Assembly (NCBI RefSeq): GCF_009914755.1
Contig: NC_060944.1
DNA length: 64,000 nt
Reading direction: 5' to 3' (one strand)
Source: the human T2T-CHM13v2.0 reference genome, Homo sapiens
Translations under genes and position numbers: made by a program
In this document: positions 30,593-45,324 of the stretch, in pieces
Numbering within the stretch: the first letter of the stretch is position 1
Layout: every line of letters begins with the position of its first letter
Notes under the pieces: model-generated
Databases searched by the model: none
Seen by the model: the letters and a program-made list of their open reading frames with translations, nothing else
What the model was told of the DNA's origin: nothing

Positions 30593-30775
30593 GAGCAGCT
30601 CCCAAGGTGTGGTCCTCAGACAGCATCATCAGCACCACCTGGGAACTTCATAGAATAGCACTGACCCCGTTCCAGACCTACTAAGTAAGAAACTGAGGGG
30701 GAGGTGGTGGGATTGTATTTTAATAAGCCTTCCAGGTGATTTTTACACATGCTAAAGTTTGAGAATCACTGATCT
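30593..30775. mobile_element. MER5A-like DNA transposon
   Basis: GTGTGGTCC..AGCATCATCAGCACCACCTGGGAACTT..CCAGGTGATT..AAAGTTTGAGAATCACTG. Confidence 0.75.
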
Positions 30776-30789
30776 AGTAAATCTTTATC

Positions 30790-30998
30790 CCATGAGGTGT
30801 GCAAACATTTTCTATAAAGATCAGATGGTAAATATTTCAGTCTTTGCAGTCCACACATATCACTGCTACTCAACTCTACTGTTATAGCACAAAGGCAGTC
30901 GTGACAGCACATAAACAGATGGGTGTGTCTGTGTCCCAATAAATTTTGCAGATGTGTTTATCAAAACACACGGTAGGCTTTAGTTTGGCAATCCCTGA
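30790..30998. mobile_element. MER58A-like DNA transposon
   Basis: GCAAACATTTTCTATAAAG..GGTAAATATTT..CTACTCAACTCT..GTCCCAATAAA..TAGTTTG.CAATCCCTG. Confidence 0.75.
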
Positions 30999-31334
30999 TC
31001 TACTAAGGGAAATGAGCTCTCCAGGTGTAAGAGTGGAGGTTTGTTCTATGGATAGAAATATTTTCTTAGGGCTTCACAAAATTAGGTGTCCCCCTTTCAA
31101 TTACCCAATTGCCTCTTTTCTGATTCCTAACTCATCAAGCAACCTCTGGATAATAATCAATATTTTTAGGAATACTAGAAGGATGAGCTCCTCTCTACAA
31201 AATGCTCTCGTACTCTGATCTCTACAGTTTTATCATTATAAATTAATGCATCAATCTTTAGTTAAAATGAACTGAGTATCTACGGATGTGCTAAGAATAC
31301 CCACCGAAGGGTGTAAAATACTGCTTAATAGACA

Positions 31335-31828
31335 TGCAATAGACAGAATTATGCCCCCCCCATAGATATGCACATCCTCATCCCCAGAACCTATGAATAT
31401 GTTACCTTACATGGCAACAGGGACTTTGCTGGTGTGATTAGGTTATAGGCCTTGACATGTGGAGAATATTCTGGATTATTCCGGAGGACCCAAGGTAATT
31501 TCTCCTTATAGGAAGAAAGCAGGAGAGACAAAGCTGGAAAAGGAGATGTGATGACAGAAACAGACATTAGAATCAGAGAGAGATTTGAAGTTGCTACATT
31601 GTTGCCTTTGAAACTGAAGGAAAGGGCTATAAACCAGGAAATCCAGGTGACCTCTAGAAGTTGAAAAATGCAAGGAAACAGAGTCTCTCGTACAGCCCCC
31701 AGAAAAAATGCATTCCTGGGCAACCATTTTGTACAATTCCCTCCAGGACTGTGAGAGAACAAATTGATGTTGCTTTAAGCTGCTAAACTTGTGGTCATTT
31801 ATTACAGCAGCAATAGGAAACTAATCCA
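31335..31828 (+). mobile_element. MLT1D-like MaLR LTR
   Basis: CCCCAGAACCTATGAATATGTTACCTTACATGGCAA..GGGACTTTGC...ACAGCAGCAATAGGAAACTAAT. Confidence 0.85.
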
Positions 31829-32253
31829 GCCTGTCATGCAGGGATGACAAAAGCACAACAGGAATGCCTCTATCCCCTCCACCTGTATCCCTGTGGGCAT
31901 TGCTGAGCAACCTAGCACTCTTTTTCTGGGTGGATGAAGCCTTGGGATTCTTTGACACCTAGTTCTCCTGGTAACAAATATCTATTGACCCAAATTAGAA
32001 TACAAGAATGGTCCATATTCTTAGTTGTAAACGGCAAAACTTATTCTGGCTCATTTAAACAAAAAAGCAATATGTTAAAGGATATCAGGTAGCTCGCGGA
32101 CTTTCTGGGAAGATCAGAATATTAGGCTTGGACACTGTACTACATCAAAAATGCCCATCTTACCTTCCTTCATGGTCCCAGTGCAAAGCCTTTGGCCCCC
32201 ACCTCTGGTCACACACTGCAAGGACAGAGAACAAGCACTGAGGCTATTTCTGA

Positions 32254-32623
<370 letters not shown>

Positions 32624-32834
32624 ACTGCTTCTTTTTAGTTATTATTTTTTGGATTTAAGTTGAACTTAGGTAGAAATGAGAGCCTTGTGAGGTAGTGGCT
32701 GCTTCTATAAAATATCGCATAATTTTTTTTTCTTTTCACTCTTCTCCTTAATTCTTAAAGAATCTGTTTTCCTGGTGAATAAAGAGACTTCTTTTGGTGA
32801 AGGGATGGATAGCAAAGTTTCCTTTTTTAAAAAA

Positions 32835-32994
<160 letters not shown>

Positions 32995-33285
32995 TAAAAG
33001 GCTAGATTTGTTTCCTCTATGTTCAAAGTGTAGGCTCCGGACCAGCAGCATTGGCCTCACCAAGACCTTCAGAACTGACTCTCTGCAGTCTAACAAGCTC
33101 CACAGGTGGTTCAGACGCACATTGAAGGCTGAGAGGTCCAGCTGCACAGCATCCCAGCCCCTAACCATTATTCACAGTGCAGGCCCCTACTCCCTGCTAT
33201 AACACCACCAAGGCAATGCCCTCAGAAACACAACACTCAAAACAGATGACTCAAAAGTGAGCCAGGCAAAGGAAGAAAGTGGAGT

Positions 33286-33836
33286 TGTCAGAGGCATTTA
33301 AACCAGAGCGACTCCTCTTGAATAGGAGCTGGGTAAAATGGGGCTGAGACCTACTGGGCTGCATTCCCAGACAGTTAAGGCAGTCTAAGTCACAGGAGGA
33401 GATAGGAGGTCAGCACAAGATACAGCTCATAAACACCTTGCTGATAAAGCAGGTTGCAGTAAAGAAGCCAGCCAAAACCCACCAAAACCAAGATGGTCAC
33501 GAGAGTGACCTCTGGTCGTCCTCACTGCTACACTCCCACCAGCACCATGACAGTTCACAAATGCCATGGCAACGTCAGGAAGTTACCCTATATGGTCTAA
33601 AAAGGGGAGGCATGAATAATTCACCCCTTGTTTAGCATATCATCAAGAAGTAACCATAAAAATGCACAACCAGCAGCCCTCAGGGCTGCTCTGTCTATGA
33701 AGCAGCCATTCTTTATTCCTTTACTTTCCTAATAAACTTGCTTTCACTTTACTCTATGGACTCGCCCTGAATTCTTTCTTGCACAAGATCCAAGAACCCT
33801 CTCTGGGGGTCTGGATCAAGACTCCCTTCCTGTAAC
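33286..33836 (+). mobile_element. MER41A-like solo LTR #4 (lacks the GAS segment)
   Basis: TGTCAGAGGCATTTAAACCAGAGC...CCTGTAACA; TSD GAGT; AAAGGGGAGG joins directly to CATGAATAAT. Confidence 0.9.
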
Positions 33837-34864
33837 AGAGTTGAGGGAGATCAAGGGCACCCAGTTTTGTGACTGATAAGAGAAATACAACTATAGAGGG
33901 CTAAAATGGAATTTTTTTAACCAGGAAATATGTACAAATGGCTTAGACACCATAGAGGTTTTTCTCTTCATTATTTCTGGTTCTTCATCCAGACTTGGTG
34001 GCATCGAGAAGAACTAGGAGCAAATGCATCATTTTATCTTCAGACACAGAAAACTCCTGCCTTATGTCATTACTTGGCTCGGTTGCTACAATTTGTGAAG
34101 CAACCATAAGAAAATGGACTTGGAGAAGCAAATTGGTTTTTACTCTGAGTTTCCAAAGAGGTTCCAACAGAGTGCAAAAAAATAAATGTTTGAAAAAAAA
34201 TACACACAAATAGTACCTTGACCTGTTCCTTCCACTGAAACATTCAGAAAACAAAATTGCCCATTCTCTATCCCTGAGAGCTCTTTGAAATGCAAGGGGA
34301 AAAGAAATTTGTAGCTTTGTGGTTGGAAATGCTCTTACATTCTGCTGAATTTTAAAAAGGAATATTTCCAGTTTGAATTTTTTTTAATTTGGAAAAGGAG
34401 AAAGTGAGGAAATAAAGGCTTTTGTGATGCAAAAGTTAAACCCAGCCTAGATGAGCATGTTTCTCGCTCCTATTTCAGCACCAGGAAAATGACTCTTCCC
34501 TGAATTTGTATCGCACGCTTTTACCAATAACAGAAGATTTATTTATTATTACTGAAAAGAAATGAAAAATAAAACTAAGCAATCTCCTTGGTGAAATGAT
34601 CGGGTACTAGCCCTGCAATGACGCAAGTCACCTCCCCAACACAAGATCTAAAAAAGGATGAAATTGCAAGAGGTAAGCAGGTGTGACTCTTGCAGTGGTC
34701 TAGAGCTGCTCATCTCCTTCCACCTGGAGAGATTTGGGGGTTAAAAAGGGGCAGTCAATGGGGAGGGGGGAAGCACAGATATCCTGGCCTTAAGCTATCA
34801 ACTCACACCAAATACCGCAGAGAGGGACATGTGAAGCTTCTGAATTAAAGAAAGTCTTTTCAAA

Positions 34865-35135
34865 CCAGACACAAAATATCACCTATTATATAATCCTATT
34901 TATATGAAATGTCCAGAAGAGGCAAATCCATAAAGACAGAAAGTAGATCAGTGGTTGTCAGGGACTGAGGGAAGTACAGGGTGGAGAAGGACTACTAATG
35001 GGTACAGGATTTCTTCTTGGAATTCTAAAAATGTGCTGGATTTAGTGATTGCACAATCTTGTGGATATACTAAAAGCCATTGAATCATACACTCTAAAAT
35101 CATGAATTTTATGGTATATATATTTCAATTAAAAA
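34865..35135 (+). mobile_element. L1M 3' end fragment
   Basis: TATATGAAATGTCCAGAAGAGGCAAATCCATAAAGACAGAAAGTAGATCAGTGGTTG..GAATTTTATGGTAT. Confidence 0.75.
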
Positions 35136-35351
35136 TAAAGAGAAAGTGAGATTTACAGTTGTAAAAATATTAGAAACAGTATATGAGTAAAAATAAATTT
35201 AAAAATCAGTTGGAAAATAAAGTTTATTCAACACACAGTATTAAAATACTTGGACACTAAGTTGAAAAAATAGAGCTAATTTTCTGTTGCATGCCATTTG
35301 GACAAACATATTTATGTACTTATATGTAAACAAATTTTAAAATCTATAGAT

Positions 35352-35582
35352 AAAGAGAGGAAGGAAGGAGGAGGGAGGGAAGGAGGAAGGAAGAAAAAAG
35401 GGAGGGAGGGAGGGAGGGAGGGAGGAAGAAAGGAAGGAAGGAGGAAGGAAGAAAAAAGGAAGGAAGGAAGGGAGGGAGGGAGGGAGGGAGGAAGAGCAGG
35501 GAAGGAGGAAGGGAGGAAGACAGGGAAGAAAGAGGGAGAGAGGAAGGGAGGGAAGAAAGAGGGGAAGGAGGGGAAAAAAGAG
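35352..35582. repeat. Purine-rich (GGAA/GGAG)n low-complexity tract
   Basis: ~230 nt of almost only G and A. Confidence 0.95.
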
Positions 35583-35784
35583 CCTCTGCCAATTAGCGGA
35601 GCTATTGATGGTAGGACCCAGAGGTAAATGGTTCTTTAAAGAGTGGTGCTAATAGTTCTTATGGTTACGAAAGGCAGGGCTGATTTAGTCAACAAACATT
35701 TAGTGGGCCAGGCTATGTGCTCACTAAAAACCTAGAACTCGAGGAAAGACCAGATCCAGCAAAGTAATGACAAACCAAGACCTA

Positions 35785-36053
<269 letters not shown>

Positions 36054-36361
36054 CGAAAATTGTTATGTACAGAAGCTTCTGACAGTGATGTCTTGGGGAC
36101 TGAAGAAGAAGGAATGAGTTCACATTTGCGGACAAAAGGAGACCAGAGAGGAGTGGAACAGCCAGGAAGAGCTGTGGACAGGCAGCCTCAGGTCATTAAG
36201 AGTTGTGAACAAGAAGAATGCAGAGAAAGGGGACAAACATAAACCTCGACAATTAGCAATGTTTCAAATGCAGTTTGTTGTTGTCAAACCCCAAGCAAAA
36301 AGCAATATGTTCTAAAAACAAAGCCTGTATATATCATGATTCTCCATTCAAAAAAACATAG

Positions 36362-36726
<365 letters not shown>

Positions 36727-37499
36727 CCTATGTCTAATAGAAATAATAAGGGTGATGGTTGTATATTTCTTGCCACAGCCATAATGATTCAGAAAAGCTC
36801 ATCTCATTCTCTTCTCCCTTCTTTTTATTATGAAAAAAGTGTCCATTTTTTCTGAGTAGTTGTCGTCTACCTGTCCCCTAGAGTTCCTTGTTCCTCTCAT
36901 GGCTAACCATAGGGCTACTAGAGGCTGTTGTGTTAATATTACATCCATAATTTCTGCTACTCCTTTTCCCATTGCACAGGTCTGCCCATGAGCAATGGAG
37001 GTAGAAAGAGCACAGGTTTTGGCGTGAAACAGATGTGGGTTCCAATTTCTGCTTTTCTATCCCCACTGTATGACCTAGGGACATTCACTTCATTTCTCTG
37101 TTTCTTGATCTGCAAGATGGTATGGTGATATGTACCTGGATGGTGGTTTTGGAGGTAAGCGGCAATGTAAGCAAAGTTCCTGGCACGTTAAAATATTCAA
37201 TAAAGTGACTGCTGATATTATGATGACAGGGCAGGCATTTTGGCACTTGTCGGCATTGAACCTGGTAGGAAAAGTGTGGGAAGGAGAACGTGGGAAAGAA
37301 CAAGAGAAAGACTTCTGTTGGACCCCACACAGGACCTGCCCTACTATCAATGTTACTGTTTGGTACTTATGTACCATGTCCCTTCCATGAGTAAGAGTAG
37401 GGATGTAAGATGGAGAAAAAAACCTATATAAAAATATCAAGATCCCTAGGGCCAAACTTGTGTAATCAAAGCTCAATTACATAAAATTACCTTAATAAG

Positions 37500-37995
37500 T
37501 GATCAAGGCTATCATCCCAGTGATGTTATGTATCATGTACCCCCCAATATGCTGTGATTACAAAGCACCCACATCTGTGATATTCTTTTCATAAACCCAT
37601 ATCCCCAGTCTAATTGTAACAAAAACATCACACACACACAAAGTGAGGGACAACACACCTGATCAGTACTCCTCATAACTGGCAAACGAATGAAAAGCTA
37701 GGAAGACTGAAATTGCCAGAGACCAAGGAAGACTAAGAAGACACAACCTAGTGCAATGCAGCATCTTAGATTGGACCTGGAACAGGAAGAGGGCATGAAT
37801 GGGAAACCGGTGAAATCAAAATAAAGCCTGGAGTTCATTAGTAGCAACGTGCCAATGTTGGTTTCTTAGTTTTGACAAAGGTGCTGAGTTGATGTATGAT
37901 GTTAACAATGGGGAAAATAGGATGGGGGGCATATGGAAACTCTCTGTGCTACCTTTGCCATTTTGCTGTAAATCTAAAACCATTCCAAAATACAA
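37500..37995 (+). mobile_element. Old L1M 3' UTR fragment
   Basis: AATGTTGGTTTCTTAGTTTTGACAAA, ATGGAAACTCTCTGTGCTA, CTGTAAATCTAAAAC.ATTCCAAAAT. Confidence 0.65.
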
Positions 37996-38012
37996 TTCAT
38001 AAATATTATTAG

Positions 38013-38385
<373 letters not shown>

Positions 38386-38839
38386 TCACAAATAGATATT
38401 AGGAACTTCTATATTTGTTTTAGATTATTGTAAAATGTGTCCCAACGCCTCCATAACATTCATAGATGAGCTGTCTTTGTGTTCCTTCCCAGTAGCTGCC
38501 CCTGCTGTCATGTCCTTGGACAGTGAGTAACTCCGCCTCCACTTGTTCTAACTATTCACCATCATAACAGGAGCCTCCGGCCAGGCACAAACCTACACTG
38601 GTACCTTAGTCACACAGGATGTGCCACAGTCAACTCCCTCATGTAGGCAGCCCTTACATGACACTATGAGAGGTGGCAGGACCAAAAACACCCTGTCATC
38701 AGCTCTCCCACAATATCTAGAACTCTTGTAAAACTCAGCTCCCAGGTATATACAGTGGGAATAACCCCTGTGGATGCTGGCCAGTCACATCTCAATGTTG
38801 GCACACATTTAACTCTTCTTTTGTGGTGAACAAGGACAT

Positions 38840-39229
38840 GCACCACTCAGGTCCTTCTTCAAGGAAGAATTTGTTGCCCCATTTGTCAGCAGAAAGCCTT
38901 GAGTTGTAATTGCTTCAAGATTTGCCTCATCTGCAGAGCCACGTCTTGACCGTGAGCTCCCCCTTCCTGCCCAGCCCACATACAGTGACTGACTGTGTAG
39001 TAGGTATAAAGACCCAGACATTTCAGCCCAACAGGGACAACTTTGCTATGCTCTGGAGCTGTCCAAAGTTGGCTGAGGCCTGGTCAGGCCTGCCTCACAG
39101 TTAAGCTTCTTCCTTGGCCCAATTCTGCTTTCTGTCCTTCCTTCCCATAAGTATTGCTCTCTAATGACCATCCTACATACCCACCAACTCCATCTCAGCA
39201 TCTGTTTCTGGGGAACTCAGCCTGTGACA
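38840..39229 (+). mobile_element. LTR16-like ERVL LTR
   Basis: 3' end CTCCATCTCAGCATCTGTTTCTGGGGAACTCAGCCTGTGACA. Confidence 0.55.
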
Positions 39230-41353
39230 TCTTTCTTAGAGGGAGAGAAGACTGTGTTCAGGATGACCAACTGTATGATCTTTTACCTAATTTCGCAGCC
39301 TCCCTTGCAGCTAGGGTGAATCACGTGACCCAGTTCTAGCCAATGAGGCATCATCAAAATTTTATTGGAGGATAGATGGATATTTGCAGGACAAAAAAGT
39401 TTTTCTTTCTTCATACACGGTATCCCATTGGTACAGGGATCATCTCAGTACCTTTCACCTTCCATTTTCTTCTCATCATAGATGTGACATCTGGAGCTGC
39501 TGCCATCTTGTAACCATCAGGTGACTCATATGAAAGAAATGCCATGATAGCTGAAGAGACAATAACCCTGAAATCACTGAGCCTCCAAATCAATATGGCC
39601 ACCACCTACCACCAGACATTGCAATCTGTGAGAAACATAAACTCTCATTTGTTACATTACAGTCACTTTCTGTTACCTGCAACAGAACACATCCCTAACA
39701 GAGAGTGAAGAACAGCATTTACTGAGTGCCTGCTGCATACCAGCCCAGGACTGAACACTCTCTAATCTCTCTCATTTAATGTCCACAACAGCTCCTTAAA
39801 AACACACTGCCCAGCCCTGCCTAGGCCCACTGATTCACTCCTGACAAAGGTTGGATGCAGGGCAGACATACTGTATCTAGTCACCCAGCCCTGGAATCTG
39901 AACCTGGGAGTTGTGGCCTCCGCTCTGAGCCAAGGACCTGTCTCAGATATGAGGCCATGACAAACACATGTGAGGGCACCAGCACACGCCCTGTACATTA
40001 CAGCAGGAGAGGGCATTTCAGCCTCATCTTCTGCCTCTGCCTGTCTACCAGCTCCTGTCTGATAGCTATTGAAACACCAACAGTTCTTATTTAGAAAGAT
40101 CTCAAAATACAGAAGTGCATTAGAAGAGCGGGATATTACACAAGCACTTTGAAACACAGATTATTTTGCTTGGCTTTCACTTAGAAAACACAGCTACCTA
40201 AGATATTTCTAATTCTGGCTATTACTTTAGGAAGGCAATCAGTTCCCAAACTACCCAGGCATAATGGCTTTGGTTTTTTGTTTGTAGCCAAGTAAACATT
40301 TCTCCTTTCCACCCACATATCTGGCTTCTATGCACCCCAATACAGAAAGAGAGAAAGCAGCTGCAAACCACTGGGAAAAAATCAAGATCCAACGTCTCTA
40401 TCAGAATATTGATTTCAGTTAATAGCACATAATCAAACATCTTTACACAGAGGTTTCATTTAAAGAAAGTGGAGCTTTCTTCTGAGTTCTGTTATAACAA
40501 CTCAGCATGCAAGACCAGAATTTTAAGTAATATTTTAAGCTTGTGCTGCTTTTGCACATTCATTTGTTTATTCATCAATTCAACAAATATTTATTAAGTG
40601 CCAGATACTTTTCTAAGAATTAGGGATAAAACATCTTAGGTCTCCTCCCTAAATCACTTCCCTCTTTTGTAATATTAGCAGTCTAAAGTGCTACAACCAA
40701 AAGACTCAAACTTTTAATGATTTAAATAAAATAGAAGTTTATTTCTCTTTCATGTAGGATTCCTGAAGGAAGCATCCCAAATTTAAAGGTGAGTTCAGCC
40801 ATCTACAACATATGGTTTCTATTCCTGGCTCAAAAGTGGCCTCTTGTTTTTTCCAGCCTATCCTTATCCCAGCCAGTAAGAAGTTGGGTAAAGGCAGGGG
40901 AAAATATGCTTGTTTCTTTGAATAGCCCAACAGAGTAGTAGTACTGTCACTTCTGTTCATATCCATTAGTCAGACCTTGGTCACATGGCCATCTAGCTGC
41001 AAGGGAGCCTGGAAAATGCAAGTTCTAACTGGACAACCATGTGCCTGACTCAAACTATTATCAGTATTTTGACTGTTAAAACAAGCAGTTTATGAATAAC
41101 ACTGGATGATGGCTGGTAAATACTGTAGAAGGATTTAGGCCAGCTATGCACTTCCTACAGAGTTTTAAATAAATAATTTAAGAATACTCTTGTCAACTTT
41201 CTCTATCACTATGCCTCCTTATTGTAGAATAACTCTGACCTTATCATGCACGCTCTCATCTCTATGACCAGGCCAACCCCTGCCCCGTGCAGGCCTGGGG
41301 GCTTGTCTTGACTTTGACATTTATTCCAGGGATGGAGCTTTCCAAAATGCCCC

Positions 41354-41709
41354 TGATATGGTTTGGCTGTGTCCCCACCCAAATCTCAACTTGAATTATA
41401 TCTCCCAGAATTCCCACATGTTGTGGGAGGGACCCAGAGAGAGGTAGTTGAATAATGGAGGCAGGTCTTTCCCATGCTATTCTCGTGATAGTGAATAAGT
41501 CTCACAAGATCTGATGGGCTTATTAGGGGTTCCCACTTTGGCTGCTTCCTCATTTTTTCTCTTGCCACCACCATGTAAGAAGTGCCTTTTGCCTCCCACC
41601 ATGATTCTGAGGCCTCCCCAGCCATACGGAACTGTAAGTCCAATTAAACCTCCTTTTCTTCCCAGTCTTGGGTGTGTCTTTATCAGCAGTGTGAAAACAA
41701 ACTCATACA
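41354..41709 (+). mobile_element. THE1 (THE1B/C-like) MaLR solo LTR
   Basis: TGATATGGTTTGGCTGTGTCCCCACCCAAATCTC...CTTTATCAGCAGTGTGAAAA..ACTCATACA; TSD GCCCC/ACCCC. Confidence 0.92.
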
Positions 41710-43369
41710 ACCCCAATCCCACATCTGGCTTCTGAATACCTACTTTCAATGGTTAGGGAAGGCTTACAACATTAGTTAAAGGCACTTTGGCTTGTTAGCC
41801 AGATGTGAAGTTATCACTTTCTGTGTGACCTTTGCAAATTACACATTCTCTCTGCACTCAGTGTCTCCATCTGTAAAGTGGCAATAGTATTGTTACCTAT
41901 CCCATGGGTTGTTGTAGCCACTCATCCTGATTCTCAGCTGTAAAGAAGTTAGCAGAGGGCCTGTCATACATTAGTTCTCAATAAATATTAATTGTTACTT
42001 TTAATCCTAGTTCATCTATGCTCAGATGTTAAGTGTTGGCCTGAACCTCTTTGTATCTTTACTTCCAACTGCTTTTGTATCACCAAACAAGGCCCTGGCA
42101 CCCTTGGCAGGCCATCAGGATTTACCCACCTAGGGAGAATGCTGCTCACCTACCCACCTAGGGAGTTCTCTGTGGCCTCAAACTGCAACCTTTCTGCAAA
42201 TACTGAGTCCATCTGCAACCATGTTCCCCAGCTTGACCCACTTCCTCCTGTCAATGGCCTAATCTTGGACCTGATAAGTGTTTGTAAAATGAGAAGAAGG
42301 GTCTATAAACTGAGCAGAAGCACAACAAATCTCTTTATTTTCTCCGTGCATGCAGTGCCTAAATGAAAAGCAAGGCCTATTAATTCAGTCTCCTCAAGAT
42401 AATTTCAATCATAAAACAAGCACACATTTTTAATAAGAAAACTCTTCAGAGCAGCTGATAATGAAAGCTCCAAGAATAAAAATGCAATCAGAAGCTGCCA
42501 GCACTGCAAATACCTTACACTCCTAGAGCCAGAGTCTTGGGCTGGTTGCTATTTCATCATCACAGGAGGAGACAGTATAGAAAGGGCTTCAACTGCTCTC
42601 TTAATGCAACACTCATGACAAGCCTGAATTCTACAAATGGGTCTCCTTTTTCTTATTTTTGTAATCTCTTAATGCCTCTCCCCTCCTAACTCCACCCTAA
42701 TTATGAATTTAGGCAAACCAAGATTTGGGAGAAAAATGATCTTGATTCCACAGCATAAAAAAGGCTCTCTTCTCGATGCACTGATGACAAACTCAAGACA
42801 ATGATTAGAGACTTCACTTTCATATTCAATGGGTTTTTTCAAAAACTAACGGGATATTAATGTATCAGTCAGTTGCAAATGTCACATAGGCATTTCAAAC
42901 CTTCCTAGCAAAAATTTAAGAAATTGGTGTGATGGAATTTACTGACTCACGTTACTGGAAAGTTAAGGAGTTGAAGGTTCAGACCTGGCTGGACCGAACA
43001 CTCAAAGAATACCATGAATCTCTTTTCATTCCTCCATTCCACATTTTTCTGTACAAACTGCATTCTTAGGCAGGCCTCCCTCTCCTCTAGCTTAATCCAC
43101 TCTCACCACCTGAACAGGGTCTTCATCGCCCAGCTTTGGCCCCCTGATGGGCACCTGACCCAACACTGTGGCAAGAGAGCTGGATTGCTTTAGACCAGTG
43201 CTGTCCAGTATAACTTTCTGCACTGATGGATGGAAGTGTTGTGTATTTCCACCTGCCCACGGTCCTGACAGCCTCATGCATTGTCATTAGGTGTTATCAG
43301 GACTCTTTGTTATGCCCTGACCCCAGCTGTCATTATGATTAGTTTTTCAACAACTAGTTGTACCCAATA

Positions 43370-44860
43370 CACATATGTGCAAGGTGCTGAGGGCTTATAG
43401 GTGGCCAAAATCAGGTTGTTTTCTGATCCCATGGAGCTTACGAATGATAGGTGAGCGTGACATTAACCAAATACTGGTGAGGCTAAAACCTAACTGAGAT
43501 ATGTCTCTAGGAGAGAAACATATGGTCTTATGGGAGCACATAAAGGTAAGAAGTAAGCTGACCTATCTGCTTCAGGAAGGGAGTATGTGGCTATTGGGGC
43601 CAAGGGTAGGGGCTTGACAATCAAGGAGAAGAGCCCTTGAGCTGACATTTGAAGAATACACAGGCAGTAGATTGCAGGAAGCAAGTGGGGCTGGGAGGCC
43701 GGGGTCTTCTCAATCTAGGGCAGACTTGTGCAAAGATTCCACAGAAGACCAGAATGCTCCAAGGACTGATGGAACGCCAGGATGTCTAGAGAGAGAGTGC
43801 AGATGTATGGAGGTATAGGTGGGGAATTGCATGTAACAGGACAGATGGAGGGGCAGATAATGAAAGGCTTGCTAGCCTTGCTGGCTGTCAAAGGTGGTTA
43901 CGTTTCTCCTGAGAAATGTGGAAACACACTGGTGAGTTCTAAGCCAGTAAGTGACATGATCACATTTGGATCTGGAATAGAGCACTGTGCTACCGCATCT
44001 AGAAAACAATTGAAGGAGGGTGAGAAGAGGAAAGGAGAGACCAGCAGAGGACTCATGCGGGGGTCTAGGCAAGATATAGTGGCAGCCTAAGCTGAGATGG
44101 TGGGGATGGATTCAGAGGCAATTTCAGAGGTGAAACGAATTGGATTTGCTGACAGCTTAACTACTACAAGTGAGGGATAAGGAGGTATTCAAGATCCCAG
44201 CCTTTCTGATTTGTACACTTGGATGGATGGTGCAGCCATTCACAGAAGAAGGAACACTGGAAAAGAACCAAATATAAGGAAGAATAACACAAATTCAGTG
44301 CCAGACATGCAAGTCAGGACTATCCATGTAGAGATGACAGTTAGAGAAATGGTCTTGAGCTCAGAGAAGGCTGCACTAGGGGAATAAATTTGAAAGTCAA
44401 GGGCATATAGCTGAATGTTGGAGTGATGGAAAGGATGAAACTACATAGGAAGAAAAGATTGAAAAAAGAAGGCAAATTTGAAGGAAGTCAGCTCTAAGAA
44501 ACCTCAATCATTAATGGTGCGGTAAAAAGGATGAACTTACAAAACAGGGGAGAGAAACAGCAGCCACAGCAATAGGAGGGAAACCAGGGGAATGTGGTGC
44601 AAGAGAAGCCAAGAGAAGAGAGTGGATTTAGAAGGAAGGAGTAGTCGAGAGTGCCGAGTTTAGCTAAGAAGTCAACTCAGGCAAGAGTGGAAAATGTGCA
44701 TAGGATTTAATGACAAAAAGTTCGGCAGTAACCCTTGCAAAACCTGTCTCTATGGAGTGACCAGGGCAGAAGTCAAAAGTGAATGGGTTGAAGAGTAAAA
44801 TGGAAAAGAACGGAGAAACCCACTATTGACAATTCTTCCAAGAACTTTAGCTGGGGAGGG
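43370..44860 (-). mobile_element. Degraded L2 LINE
   Basis: Purine-rich antisense-L2 phrases (CCCATGGAGCTTA, TGACATGATCACATTT, GGATTTGCTGA, GGAGGAAAACCAGG-like). Confidence 0.6.
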
Positions 44861-45324
44861 GGGGGGCAGAAAGTTGAGAAAGAGCTGCAAGAATAATATA
44901 TGAGCAAAAAGAAGAGGTTGAGGTTTTTATGGGAGAGACATAAGCAATTGCACATCAAGGTCTCAGCCCATCTTTTCTCAGGCAATATTTTAAAAGCGCA
45001 ACTAATTCATTCAATACGTTTGGAGAAAATATCCACTACGAGGCTTCAACTTTCAAAAATGGTTCACTTGATTAACCCTAACTTAGGATGAAGAAAATTG
45101 ATCTGAGAAGTCCCTGAGACAATGGCATGCTCTCCTATTCCAAAAATTTCAAGAACGTCATCTTCCTAAGAAGAATAATGCCATAATCTCTTTAAAATGA
45201 ATTTTAGTTAAACTGTCTCTTAAAACAGAAAAAGAAAACAAGAAAACTGGAAACTTTTTCTTTTTGGGTGGCAAGAGCAATCAACAGCATAAAATTCTGA
45301 AGTAGGCTTCAAAAAAAGGGAATA

